A DNA stretch of 64,000 nucleotides from assembly GCA_038087875.1 (NCBI GenBank), contig CM075990.1, positions 310,001-374,000 on the forward strand, in the 5' to 3' direction. Shown here one piece after another: positions 26,377 through 37,481 of this stretch (positions within the stretch are counted from its first letter, which is position 1; every line of letters starts with the position of its first letter). The translations under genes and the position numbers were made by a program. The notes beneath the pieces were generated by a model, which was not told the origin of the DNA, made no database searches, and saw only the letters and a list, made by a program, of their open reading frames with translations. The stretch is from Malacoraja senta. Its lineage: Eukaryota.

Positions 26377-27454
26377 TTACCTGCCGACTTGTTCCTGGTC
26401 CAGCCTCGTTTGTAGGGGTACTTTCTTTTTTGGAAACTTGCCGACCACCGGTGGCTTGATCAAGCCCACCGTCTTTGCCTCGTCATCCATGTCCTTGACA
26501 TGCTTGGCAAGGTCCTCTCCGAAGAGTAGGTTGGCCGGATGTATGTTGCTGGGCTGGCAGAGTACTGCAAACTTAGGATTAATAGTGGGCCGAATGGCAC
26601 TTTCCCTGAGACAATTTATCTCAAAATGGGTGCTACAAAACAACCCTAGTACCTCTTGCTGTGTCTCCGACACATGCCCTCCATCCACCGTTCTAGCGAA
26701 CGCTGTGATTCCTGAGCCAAGTAATTTCAGGATTCTCTGCAGCTTCATCTCCTGGGCACTGCATTCCCACGCCCGTCTGGCTCCATGTCACTCGGTTCAC
26801 TGCTGGCACCTTCAGCAACTCGCAGTTACCCAGGTCTCCTGTTTCTTGGCGGTTCCAGACTCTGACTGGACAGCGAATCGTGCTGCCAGAGATGGGAACT
26901 CTGACAACGGCCGTCTTCGCTTTCCCAGTGGCACTGCATACTCTGACGGGACAGCGAATCGTGCTGCCAGAGATGGACTTCTGCCAACGGCCGTCTTCGC
27001 TAGTCAACGAAGTCACCGTCAGAGTAGGGTCAGAACTGAGCTGACCCTCTGCACTTACCTCACAAATGAGGGTGGTATCAAACAGCCCTCTACCAGGTGC
27101 AGCCGGCGCGGCCTCTTCTGTAGCCTACCGCCCACACGACTCCTCCCCCTGAAGTGTGCGTTACTGGAGCAACCCCTGAATGAGGTGCTCCATATGGGAT
27201 ACCATTCAAAAACTGTATCCAGCCCCGTACGGGACTCGTCGCAGCCCGACTCAGTTGAGCCCTTACAGACATCCCCCTGGCCTGACGCCCGCTAGCGTTG
27301 GCTCTATGATAGTGCTTTATATCGCTAAGTCTGCAGTCGCTCCTCTCCCGGTCGGCGACTGTGTAGGGGTACGAGGCAGCCGCTCACAGACCACATTCCC
27401 GCGGCTCTCCTTTGCTTTACCTGCGGCTGCCCTCCCCCTGCTCGTCTTCACCAT
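26377..27454 (-). pseudogene. DIRS ORF1 (gag-like), disrupted
   Basis: FEINCLRESAIRP...LLFGEDLAKHVKD motif; ATG in gcaccATGG at 27454; internal duplication of about 63 bp at 26859 and 26940. Confidence 0.7.
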
Positions 27455-27789
27455 GGTGCTACCTGTAACAAAAAACACAGCAAAGGAACTTTTCACTCCA
27501 GCTAAGCTTCCCACTTAGTTGGAGTTTTAAAACTACTTAAAATATCAAAAATCCCTTACCTGAAGAGGAGCTCTGTCCTCCTGCTGGTCCGTGCACCAAT
27601 GCGTCCGACGTAAAATCACGCGTATGCGCCCTGACGGGTCTTCTTCACGGAATCACTAAAGTGACTCTGAAGTAAAATATAGAATATATAGAGATAGAGA
27701 CAGACAGACAGACAGAGAGGCAGACGGACAGTAATAGATAGAAGAATAGATAGAATAGAATAGATCGAAGATAGAAGAAGATAGATAGA

Positions 27790-29712
27790 TTATTAAGGAT
27801 GAGATTTCCCAGTACTTAGAATCGCATGATAAGATATGCCAAAGTCAGCATGGTTTTGTGAAGGGGAGATCTTTCATGACAAATCTGTTCAAATTGCTGG
27901 ATAGGCAAAGGAGAGTCAGTTGACGTGTATATTTGAACTTTCACAAGGTCTTTGCAAATGGCTGCACATCAGGCTGTTAAACAAGTAGAGACACCATTGT
28001 ATTAGAGGGAAGGTACTAGCATGGATAGAGGATTGGCTGAATAGCCGAAGGCAAAGTGTTGAATAGGGGGCTTTTTCTGGTTGGCTGCTGGTAAAAAGTG
28101 GTGTGCCACAGGGACAGTGCTGGGGCTGCTGTTCTTCACGTTGTATATTAATGATTTGGATGAGGGAATTAATGACTTTGTGGCCAGGTTTGCAAATGAT
28201 ATGAAGATAGGGGCAGGTAGTGTAGAGAAAGCAGAGACTCTGCAGGACTCGGACCGGTTGGGAGAGTGGACAAAGAAATGGCAATGCAACATAGTGTACC
28301 AAATTGTGGAGTAATGCTTTTTGTAGCAGGAATAAAGGCATAGACTATTTTCTAAATGGGGAGAGAATTCAGAAATCAGAGGTGCAAAGCGACTTGGTTA
28401 TGCTGGCATTGGATTCCCAAATGTTTAATTTGCAGGTAGAATTGGTAGTAAGGAAGGCAAATGTAATGTTAGCATTCATTTCAAGAGGACTAAAATATAA
28501 AAGCAGGAATGTAATGCTGAGGCTTTATAAGGCACTGGTCAGACAGCATTTGGAGTCTTGTGAGCAGTTTTAGGCAATATATCTGAGGTGGCTCGTGCTG
28601 GCATTGCAGAGGTTCCAGAGGAGGTTTACGATGATTCCAGGGATGAGTGAATAACGAATAACGCCTGTACCCACCCACTGTGCCTCTGCCAACCCTCCCC
28701 CCGCTCCCCGACAGATTCTCTCCCTCAATCCCCCTGGTCCACTTCCTCTGCCCTTTCTTTTTTCGCGCCTGACCATCAAGGCTGAGCAGGTGAGGAAGGA
28801 ACTGAGCAGACTCCGCCCAGGCAAAGCCATGGCTTCAGATGGTGTCAGCCCTAGGGTACTCAAGGCGTGTGCCAGCCAGTAGTGTAGAGTACACCAGCAT
28901 ACCTTCAACCTGAGCCTGAGCCTGGAGAGGGTTCTTGTGATGTGGAAGACATCCCGCCTGTACCAAAGAGGATGCGCCCCTCCAATGACCACAGAGCAGT
29001 GGTGTTGACCTCACACATCATGAAGTCCCTGGAGATGCTGATGCTCACTCACCTGCGGCCCCTGGTTAAACCCTACCTGGTCCCCCTGCAGTTCACTTAC
29101 CAAACAAAGATGGGGGTTGAGGATGCCATCATCCACCTGCTCCATCGTTCCTATGCTCACTTGGAAAGGCCGGGAAGCACTGTGATAGTCATATTTTTTT
29201 ACTTCTCCAGTGCTTTTAACACCAATACTGAGGTGTAGTCAACGACTTTGTTGAGTGTTATGGGCTAAATCACCTGCAGCTCAACACCAACAAGACTAAG
29301 GAGTTAGTGTCATACTCGGTGGAGTTTAGAAGGGTGAGGGGGGGCCTCATTGAAACTTACTGAATTGTGAAATGCCTGGATAAAGTGGATGTGGACAGTG
29401 GGAGAGTCTAAGAGTAGAGGGCACAGCCTCATAATAAAGGAAGATACCTTACGAAAGGAGATGAGGAAGAATTTCTTTAGCTACTGGAAGGTGATTCTGT
29501 GGAATTCGTTGCCACAGATGGCAGTGGAGGCCAAATCTATGGGCATTCCTAGAGCAGTGATTGACATGTTATTGATTAGGAACTGTGTCAACGTTTACGG
29601 GAAGAAGGCAAGAGAATGAGTTTTAGAGGAAAAGATAGATCAGCCATGATGGAAAGGCGGAGTAGACTCGATGGGTCGAATAGCCGAATTCTGTTCCCAT
29701 GAATTATGACTT
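27790..29712 (+). mobile_element. CR1 LINE, right half of the split copy (interrupted by a Rex1-like fragment)
   Basis: IIKDEI, SQHGF, YINDLDEG, FANDMK, then a CR1 3' end at 29311-29712. Confidence 0.9.
28660..29310 (+). mobile_element. Rex1/Babar-like LINE RT fragment
   Basis: PVPK...NDHRAVVLTSHIMKSLE...PLQFTYQ...VEDAI..LLH...FSSAFNT. Confidence 0.8.
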
Positions 29713-30210
29713 GTGTAATGACAATATGTTTGGTTTGGAGGCAGGATCAACTGGAGGTGAATCAACAAATGTGTCACTCTGACTGGTTACAAGTTTCATT
29801 TTCTTCACATATTAAAGAAGGCAGACTATTGTATGTAGTGCTGCTTGGTCCATTACAGGAAGGATATGAAGGCTTTGGATAGGGGTGCAGGACATTTTAC
29901 TAGAATGTTACTTGGAATAAAAGGTACTAGGAATAAGGAGAGGCTGGACAAATTTGGATTGTTTTCTCAACCTGATAGAAGTATGAAAAATGATGAGAGG
30001 AAGAGATAGAGCAAACAGTCAGAACTTCTTTCTCAGGATGGAAATGTCAAAGACTACAGGGCGCATCATTATTAGAGGGGAAAAGTTTATTCCTTCCAAA
30101 CTCATCATCAAACTTGGGGAACTGGGTCTCTGATGCTGGTTTAAATCAAAGATAGACACAAAAGACTGGAGTAACAGCGGGTCCGACAGCATCTCTGGAG
30201 AAAAGGAATA

Positions 30211-30244
30211 GGTGACGTTTCAGGACGAGACCCTTCTTCAGACT
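30211..30244 (-). ncRNA. Minimal type I hammerhead ribozyme motif in a Penelope terminal remnant (30132-30400)
   Basis: agu-CUGAAGA-AGGG ucucg UCCU-GAAAC-GUC-acc; core, helix II and palindromic ACGU helix III are present. Confidence 0.65.
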
Positions 30245-30716
30245 GGGAGTCAGGGGAAAGGGAAACGAGAGATATAGATGGTGATATAGGGAGATATAGA
30301 ACAAATGAATGAAAGATAAGCAAAAAAGTAATGATGATAAAGGAAACAGGCCATTGTTAGCTGTGGGCTAGGTGAAAACGAGTTGCAGACAATGAGACTC
30401 ACCAGGGGTTGATGAGTTATGACTTGGAATGCTCAGATTTATGTTGTGTTGGTAATCTTTACCTTATGCAGTGTTGTCAAGAAGATTTTGTGAAAGTGAG
30501 TGGGATGGAAACCACTTTTGTGTACCGTTGGTATTCAGCAATTCTAGCAAAGCAGCAGGTTTTCACCTCCTGCTGCGTGGAAGGTGAGAACAAGAGAGAT
30601 TGTCTTGTTTCCAATGATGCAGTGTCAATATCCTCCCTTATGTTGCAGTGGGAGGTGAGTTGAGAGATGCTGTAAATGTCTTAAGCCCCAGCATGGGAAT
30701 AATTCAATGCATAAGG

Positions 30717-31064
30717 TGTAATTATGCTCCTAAACCTTACCCCGTTAGTCTAGTTCAGTAAAACACTGAGTCAAGCACTGGATCAACTTATCTCTTTATT
30801 CTCACTCACAAACAAACTTCCTATACGATACCTAACCAACACCGCGGGTCCGATCCTTGTCTCTACTCGTCCAAGCCCTTCAGCCTCGTGCGAATAGACA
30901 CCTCCAGACAGTCAACAGTCCCAAATGCACTTCCAGAAAATCGACTCCGATCCATGTGACGTCCCCTCTTTTATGACAAGCAGGCTTTGCAAATGCAGAG
31001 ATCCTCCATTTTGTGACATACTTATTTGGCCAATATTATCAAAGCTATCATGACCGACCATCAC
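30717..31064 (-). mobile_element. Possible solo LTR
   Basis: About 350 bp bounded by TG...CA, with a TATA-like element then AATAAA on minus; no TSD found. Confidence 0.45.
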
Positions 31065-31784
31065 ATTCAAAAATACTGCTCTAAGTTTTGGACTGTGGTG
31101 GAAGCTGCTGATTTAGCTCCTACTTAGACACAAAATGCTGGAGTAACTCAGCAGGACAGGCAGCATTTCTGGACAGAAGGAATGGGTGACGTTTTGGGTC
31201 AATACTCCATCTTCAGACCTGACCTGAAACATCACCCATTCCTTTTATCCAGAGATGCTGCCTGTCCCGCTGAGTTACTCCAGCATTTTGTGTCTATCTT
31301 CGATTTAAACCAGCATCTGCAGTTCGTTCCTACATATTTTGTTTCCTCCTACTTAGATCTTCATTGAAACACAGATGCCTCACTCACTCAGTCAGCTGGG
31401 TGAATTAGTCCAAACCTCCTGCTTCGCTTTCTTCCCTTCCTCTCTCTCTTCAAAAGCAGATTTGATCTCTCTGCTCATTCTCCAGTGTGATGCATTCCCT
31501 GTGGAATGGCTTGCAATACAACAACATTATTAGCTACTCTTTGGAGTGGAAACCATGAAACCAAGACAAAGCCCTTCACCATCTAAAAACATAACAATCT
31601 GCAGAGTGCAATGACTTAATCAGCCAAATGTCTGTCTAGTTACTGCAACTGCCAGATAAAATAACTAGCAAATAAATTGAAAGTAAGTAATCACATCAAT
31701 TAATTGCATGATAAGAAAACAATTCAATATTTTCCAAACTCTCATTGTAGCTAATACCAACTAATGCAGGCAGCATTCTGGTTC

Positions 31785-34300
31785 CTCACCTTATAGAAAC
31801 ATACACAATTCTTGGACAGACTAGATGCAGGAAAAATGTTCCTGATGTTGGGCGAGTCCAGAACCAGGGGGTCACAGTTTAAGAATAAGGGGTAGGCCAT
31901 TTCGGCCTGAGATAAGGAAAAACTTTTTCTCCCAGAGAGTTGTGAACCTGTGGAATTCTCTGCCACAGAAGGCAGTGGAGGCCAATTCACTGAATGTGTT
32001 CAAGAGAGTGTCAGATTTAGCTCTTAGGACTAAGGGAATCAAGGGATATGGGAAAAAGCCTGAACGGGGTATGGATTTTGGATGATCAGCCATGATCATA
32101 TTGAATGGCGGTGTTGGCTCGAAAGGCCGAATAGCCTTCTCCTGCACCTATTTTCTATGTCTATCTCTATTCATTTGCTCCAGAGATGTTGCCCGACCCG
32201 CTGAATTACTCCAGTATCAATATCTGTATCAGTTTAGTCTATTGTTATGTGTACCGATTAGATTCAATTTTATTACTTGTCATTTGAACCTCAGAGAGGC
32301 TCAAACGAAACTCCGTTTCCACAGCCATACAAACAAAACAATTCCTACACGACACACGATCAATTCAATTTACAGAAAACATCCATCACAGTGAATCTCC
32401 TCCTCACTGTGATGGAAGGCAAAGTCTTTTCTCTTACCGAGGTACAGTGAAAAGCTTTTGTCATCAGTAGAAAGATAGCAAATGATTACAAGATAGCAAA
32501 TGATTACAATCAATCCATTTCCAGTGCATAAGAGTGTGGAGCGATTGTAATATGAGTTTGTAGATTTGCTTCTGTGGTTAGTATGCAAATAGTCGCCTGT
32601 GTTGGGCACCATCTCGGAAGCATTACTCCAGCACTTTGTGCGATTTTTAGCATTCTAGTAAACCTCTTCTGCACCCTTTCTAAGGTCTCCACATCTTTCC
32701 TCTAATGGGACAACTAGAACTGTAAGCAATACTATAAAAAGGCAGTCTACGTCCAGTCAAAGGCTGTACTAAAGAGCTGCATCATGCTTCCACATGGCAA
32801 GTATACCATGTGCCTTCTTTACCACATCTGCTTGTGGCTCCACTTTCTGGGAGCGATGACCTGGTCTGCTAGATCCCTCTGTACATCAATGCAGTTAAGG
32901 GTCTTGCCATTAACTGTGTACTTCCTCCTTAACCTCCCAAAGTGTAACACCTCACACTTGATCGGATTATGTCTCATTTGCCCTTTCTCTGCCCATTTCT
33001 GTAGTTGATCTATATCCCGCTGAAGAAGAGTCTCGACCCAAAACATCACCCATTCCTTCTCTCCAGAGATGCTGTCTGAGTTACTCCAGCATTTTGTGTC
33101 TATATCCCGCTGAATACATTGACAATTTTTCTTACTGTCCATGTTTCAATTGCACTTATTTTAATGCAAGAGGCCTGACTGGAAAGGCAGATGAGCTTCA
33201 AACATGGATAGGCACGTGCGACTGGGACGTTGTAGCCATTATGGAAACCTGGTTAAGAGAGGGGTAGGACTGGCAACTCAATGTTCTGGGGTACAGGCTT
33301 CATATGAGACAGAGGTAAGGGTAAAAAAGGAGGGGATGTTATGTATTGGTTAGGGAGGATGTCACGGCATTGGTCAGAGGAGACATTATGGAAGGTTTGT
33401 CTAGTGAGGCGATATGGGTGGAGTTGAGGAATAAGAAAGGGATGATCTTGTTGGGGGTGTACTCCAGAGCCCCAAATAGTTAACGGGACTTAGATGAGCA
33501 AATGTGCCAGAAGATTGCAGGTTTGATAAGGTTATTGTAGTTAGGGATTTTAACTTTCCCGACATTGACTTGGAATGTCATAGTGCAAAAGGATTAGACT
33601 GGGTGGAATTTGATGATGAGCCATTTGGGACCAGCGACTACTGTTCTATTAGGTTTAAGATAGTTATGGATAGTGACAGAGCAGGCCTACAATTTAAAAT
33701 GCTAAATTTTGTCAAGGCCATCTTTGAGGGTATGAGACAGCAACTCGCTCAAGTTAGTTGGAGTGGATTGTTTGATGGAATAGGAAAATGTGCCGACAAG
33801 AGCACAGAACATGCACGTCCCTGTTAGAGTGAAAGGCAACGCAGGCAAATGCCTGGATGATGAGGAAAATTTAGGTTTTGGTCAAGAGTAGGAAGGAGGC
33901 ATTGGAATGGGAGAGGCTGCTGGGAGCAAGTTCAGTTCAGTTCAGTTTATTGTCACGTGTACCGAGGTACAGTGAATAACTTTTGTTGCATGCTAACCAG
34001 TCAGCAGAAATACAGTACATGATTACATTTGATGCATTTGCAGTGTATAGGTACATGATAACGGAATAACGTTTCCTGGTAAAGTTCCTGGAACTAAGCA
34101 GTAAGCTAAAAAAGGAAATTAGAAGAGCAAAAAGAGGACAGGAGATAGCTCAGGCAGGTACCATTAAGGATAATCCCAATAAATGTTATAAGCACAAAGG
34201 GATAATGGGTAACCAGAGCAAGAGAATGGGACCCCTCAGGAATCTAAGCAGTCAACTCTATGTAGAGCTACAGGAGATGGGCAAGGTCCTCAACCTCGGA
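31785..34300. mobile_element. Cluster of CR1 fragments (3' end on plus 31785-32165; RT on minus 32650-33140; endonuclease region on plus 33150-34295) with LINE/SINE tails
   Basis: Recognisable CR1 peptides (LERVQKRFTRM, KCEVLHFG, DFNFPDID). Confidence 0.8.
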
Positions 34301-34924
34301 AACTGCAGAATCTCCACTCCCTCTTGAGTGCCTATATTCTTTATAATATGACAGAGCAATTTGCAGCACACTACGCATGATCTAACCAAGGTTTGAACCA
34401 GGTCATCGAGTCACAGAGCAAGCCCTGCGGGCCATGCCAACAAGTTAGCCAACTAAGCTGGTCCCATTTGTCTTGTTTGGTCCAAAACTGTCCTGTCCAT
34501 CTACAAGTGCCTTTTAAATGTTGTAATTGTACCTGCCTCTACTACTTCCTCTGGTACCTCTTTCATGTACCTACCACCCTCTATATGAAAAATTAGCTCC
34601 ACATGTCTCTTTTAAATCTTTCCGCTCTTATCTTAAATCTATGCTCTCTACTTTTTAGGCTCTCTTATCATGTGGAAATGACTATGACTATACACCTTTT
34701 ACCTACCCCATATCTATATTACTAAAAGTAAGATCTTGACCGCTTTTGACTCACTGCGATGTGATTTCCGAGAGAACACCGCCACTTACGGCCGTCATTT
34801 TTGGCCACCTCGTTCAGAGCCCCCCTCCGCCGGAGTGGACTGGAGGATTTCTCCCATCGATGAAAAATCTGAGAGATATTAATGTTTTTTTTTTTAATCA
34901 CCATTCTCTCTGCTGCCCCTGCTG

Positions 34925-35057
34925 GTGGGAGGGGGGAGGGACTATAAAACCCAGAAGTGGTGTGCCTCACTCAGTCTCTGCAAGATGGAGGAAACGAGAG
35001 GGTCACGTCTCTCTGAACTCTGAATAACACTGAAAACATGTCTACTCAACTGTGAGT
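34925..35057 (+). promoter_or_regulatory. Predicted Pol II core promoter and first exon, module 1 of copy D
   Basis: G-rich box, TATAAAA 34943, Inr TCAGTCT with A at 34973, CAAGATGG 34981, GTGAGT 35052. Confidence 0.55.
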
Positions 35058-35106
35058 GCCCTTAATGTGGTTTGAAAATGAAAATATAGTTGGTTTGAAG
35101 TAATAA

Positions 35107-36070
35107 GGCAATGCAAATGGTTGTTTGGGGGGTTTTGGGTTGAAGTAAAAATGCACTGCAAATGGTTGTTTGGGGTTTTTGGGTTGAAGTAAAAAGGCAC
35201 TGCAAATGGTTGTTTGGGGGGTTTTGGGTTGAAGTAAAAAGGCACTGAAAATGTTTGTTTGGGGGTTTTGGGTTGAAGTAAAAAGGCACTGCAAATGGTT
35301 GCTTGCGGGGTTTTGGGTTGAAGTAAAAAGGCACTGCAAATGGTTGTTTGGGGGGTTTTGACTTTGAGTAAAAAGGCACTGCAAATGGTTGTTAGGGGGG
35401 GTTTGTGTTGAATTAAAAAGGCACTGCAAATGGTTGTTTGGGGGCTTTTGGGTTGAAGTAAAACGGCACTGCAAATCGTTGTTTGGGGGGTTTTGGGTTG
35501 AAGTGAAAAAGCACTGCAAATGATTGTTTGGGGGTTTTGGGTTGAAGTGAAAAGGCACTGCAAATGGTTGTTTGGGGGGTTTTGGGTTGAAGTGAAAAGG
35601 CACTACAAATGGTTGTTTGGGGGGGGTTTGGGTTGAACTGAAAAGACACTGCAAATGGTTGTTTGGGGGGTTTTGGGTTAAGTGAAAAGGCACTGCAAAT
35701 GGTTGTTTGGGGGGTTTTGGGTTGAAGTGAAAAGGCACTGCAAATGGTTGTTTGGGGGGTTATGGGTTGAAGTGAAAAGGCACTGCAAATGGTTGGTTGG
35801 GGGGTTTTGGGTTGAAGTGAAAAGGCACTGCAAATGGTTGTTTGGGGGGGTTTGGGTTGAAGTGAAAAGGCACTGCAAATGGTTGTTTGGGGGGTTTGGG
35901 GTTGAAGTGAAAGGGCACTGCAAATGGTTGTTTGGGGCGTTTTGGGTTGAAGAGAAAAGGCACTGCAAATGGTTGTTTGGGGCGTTTAGGGTTGAAGTGA
36001 AAAGGCATTGCAAATGGTTGTTTGGGGCGTTTTTGGTTGAAGTGAAAAGGCACTGCAGATGGTTGTTTGT
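35107..36070. repeat. 45-bp tandem array, about 21 units
   Basis: GGCACTGCAAATGGTTGTTTGGGGGGTTTTGGGTTGAAGTGAAAA. Confidence 0.95.
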
Positions 36071-36249
36071 CTAAACTTGACAACTTCCTGTTTGCACTAT
36101 ATTGATTTTAGATTAAACGCTACCACTTACGGCTGTGATTTTTGGCCATCTAACTCGGTCCCCCTCTGCTCATCAGGTGCAGAGGATTCTTCCCATCAAT
36201 GAAAAATAAAAGTGTTATTAGTGTTTAAAAAATGTTGAGAATCTCTCTC

Positions 36250-36408
36250 CTGCCAATCACGCCATGAAGGCCACACCTTTTCTGGTGGGAGGGGCAGGGA
36301 TTATAAAACCCCGAAGTGTGGGTGTCGCTCAGTCTCTGCAAGATGGGGGAGGGAGAGGTCACGACTTTGAATCAATTGAACACACTGAATGTCTACTGAA
36401 CTGTGAGT
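36250..36408 (+). promoter_or_regulatory. Predicted Pol II promoter and first exon, module 2 of copy D
   Basis: CCAAT 36253, G-rich box, TATAAAA 36302, Inr A at 36331, CAAGATGG, GTGAGT 36403. Confidence 0.55.
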
Positions 36409-36449
36409 GTGGTGTTTTGTGTGGTTTTATGGTGGTTTTATGGTGGTTT

Positions 36450-37075
36450 CACCCTGCTTGAAATGGAATGAAACTGCATTTGAATGTGGTGGCCTTGCAC
36501 CCTGCATGAAATGGTATGAAACTGCATTTGAATGTGGTGTCGTTGCACCCTGCATGAAATGGTATGAAACTGCATTTCAATTTGGTGGTCTTGCACCCTC
36601 CTTGAAATGGTATGAAACTACACTTGAATTTGGTGGCCTTGCACCCTGCTTGAAGTGGTATGAAACTGCACTTGAATTTCGTGGCCTTGCACCCTGCTTG
36701 AAGTGGTTGGAAACTGCACTTGAATTCAGTGGCCTTGCACCCTGCTTGAAGTGGTGGGAAACTGAACCTGAATTTGGTGGCCTTGCTCCCTGCTTGAAGT
36801 GGTATGAAACTGCACTTGAATTTGGTGGGCTTGCACCCTGCTTGAAGTGGTTGGAAACTGCACTTGAATTCGATGGCCTTGCACCCTGCTTGAAGTGGTG
36901 GGAAACTGAATCTGAATTTGGTGGCCTAGCACCCTGCTTGAAGTGGTATGAAACTGCACTTGAATTTGGTGGCCTTGCACCCTGTTCGGAGAGTTAAGAA
37001 ACTGCACTTGAATTTGGTGGCCTTGCACCCTGCTTGAAATGGTAGGAAAATGGAATTGAATTTGGTGGCATTTCA
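36450..37075. repeat. 48-bp tandem array, about 13 units (same family as 10682-11080)
   Basis: GCACCCTGCTTGAAGTGGTATGAAACTGCACTTGAATTTGGTGGCCTT. Confidence 0.95.
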
Positions 37076-37481
37076 AGAAATAGCCGTGTCAACTGCCAGC
37101 CCACCACATGTGAGTGAGCTGCCAGCACATCAGGCTTGAGGGACTGAGCTGCCACCCCAAGAATCCATTTGGCGCACAATGTCTATACTAGCCCTCTGGG
37201 GACCTGTAGTCCCTGCAGCCAACAACACCCATACCAGCGCTCCAGAAAGCACCCCCCCCCCACTGGCCACCAATAATTGAATTGGTGGAGAGGTGGAATA
37301 TTGCATCGGGGGACCAGCCCTCCCGTGTGAACGTGGGACCCAACGGGTCTCACTTAGTCTAGTAATTTTATAAATATCTATCAGGTCACCCTCACCTCCT
37401 GCACTCCAGGGTCAAATGTCCCAGTCTATTCAACCTCCCCTTATAGCTCAAGATCGCCAAATCCAGTAACATCCCTGTGAA

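Larger units (their letters stand above)
23139..27679 (-). mobile_element. Full-length decayed DIRS1-like tyrosine-recombinase retrotransposon
   Basis: ITRs at about 23206-23243 and 27618-27657; internal complementary region about 23350-23458 matching both termini; ATA at both ends; gag, RT/RNase H, methyltransferase-like and YR remnants in DIRS order. Confidence 0.93.
34713..37362 (+). mobile_element. Non-autonomous Helitron-like element, copy D (complete)
   Basis: A|TCTATATTACTAAAAG start; TGGGACCC-AAC-GGGTCTCA-CTTAGT-CTAG|T end. Confidence 0.92.
34420..37480 (-). mobile_element. CR1 3' fragment split by copy D (34420-34712 and 37363-37480)
   Basis: Both flanks of copy D are colinear with the CR1 copy at 38920-39400. 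Confidence 0.75.

Noticed and set aside
26357..27295. 312-aa plus-strand ORF
   Set aside because: Antisense to the DIRS gag region, with no recognisable domain
30463..30669. Possible minus-strand exon bounded by AG and GT
   Set aside because: The frames I translated contain stops, and I recognise no protein
36407..36997. 196-aa ORF with a 16-aa repeat (LAPCLKWYETALEFGG)
   Set aside because: Follows from a 48-bp unit being a multiple of three; no splice or start support
36450..37075. Metal-response-element core TGCACCC in each 48-bp unit
   Set aside because: A single 7-mer amplified by tandem duplication; no independent evidence of function
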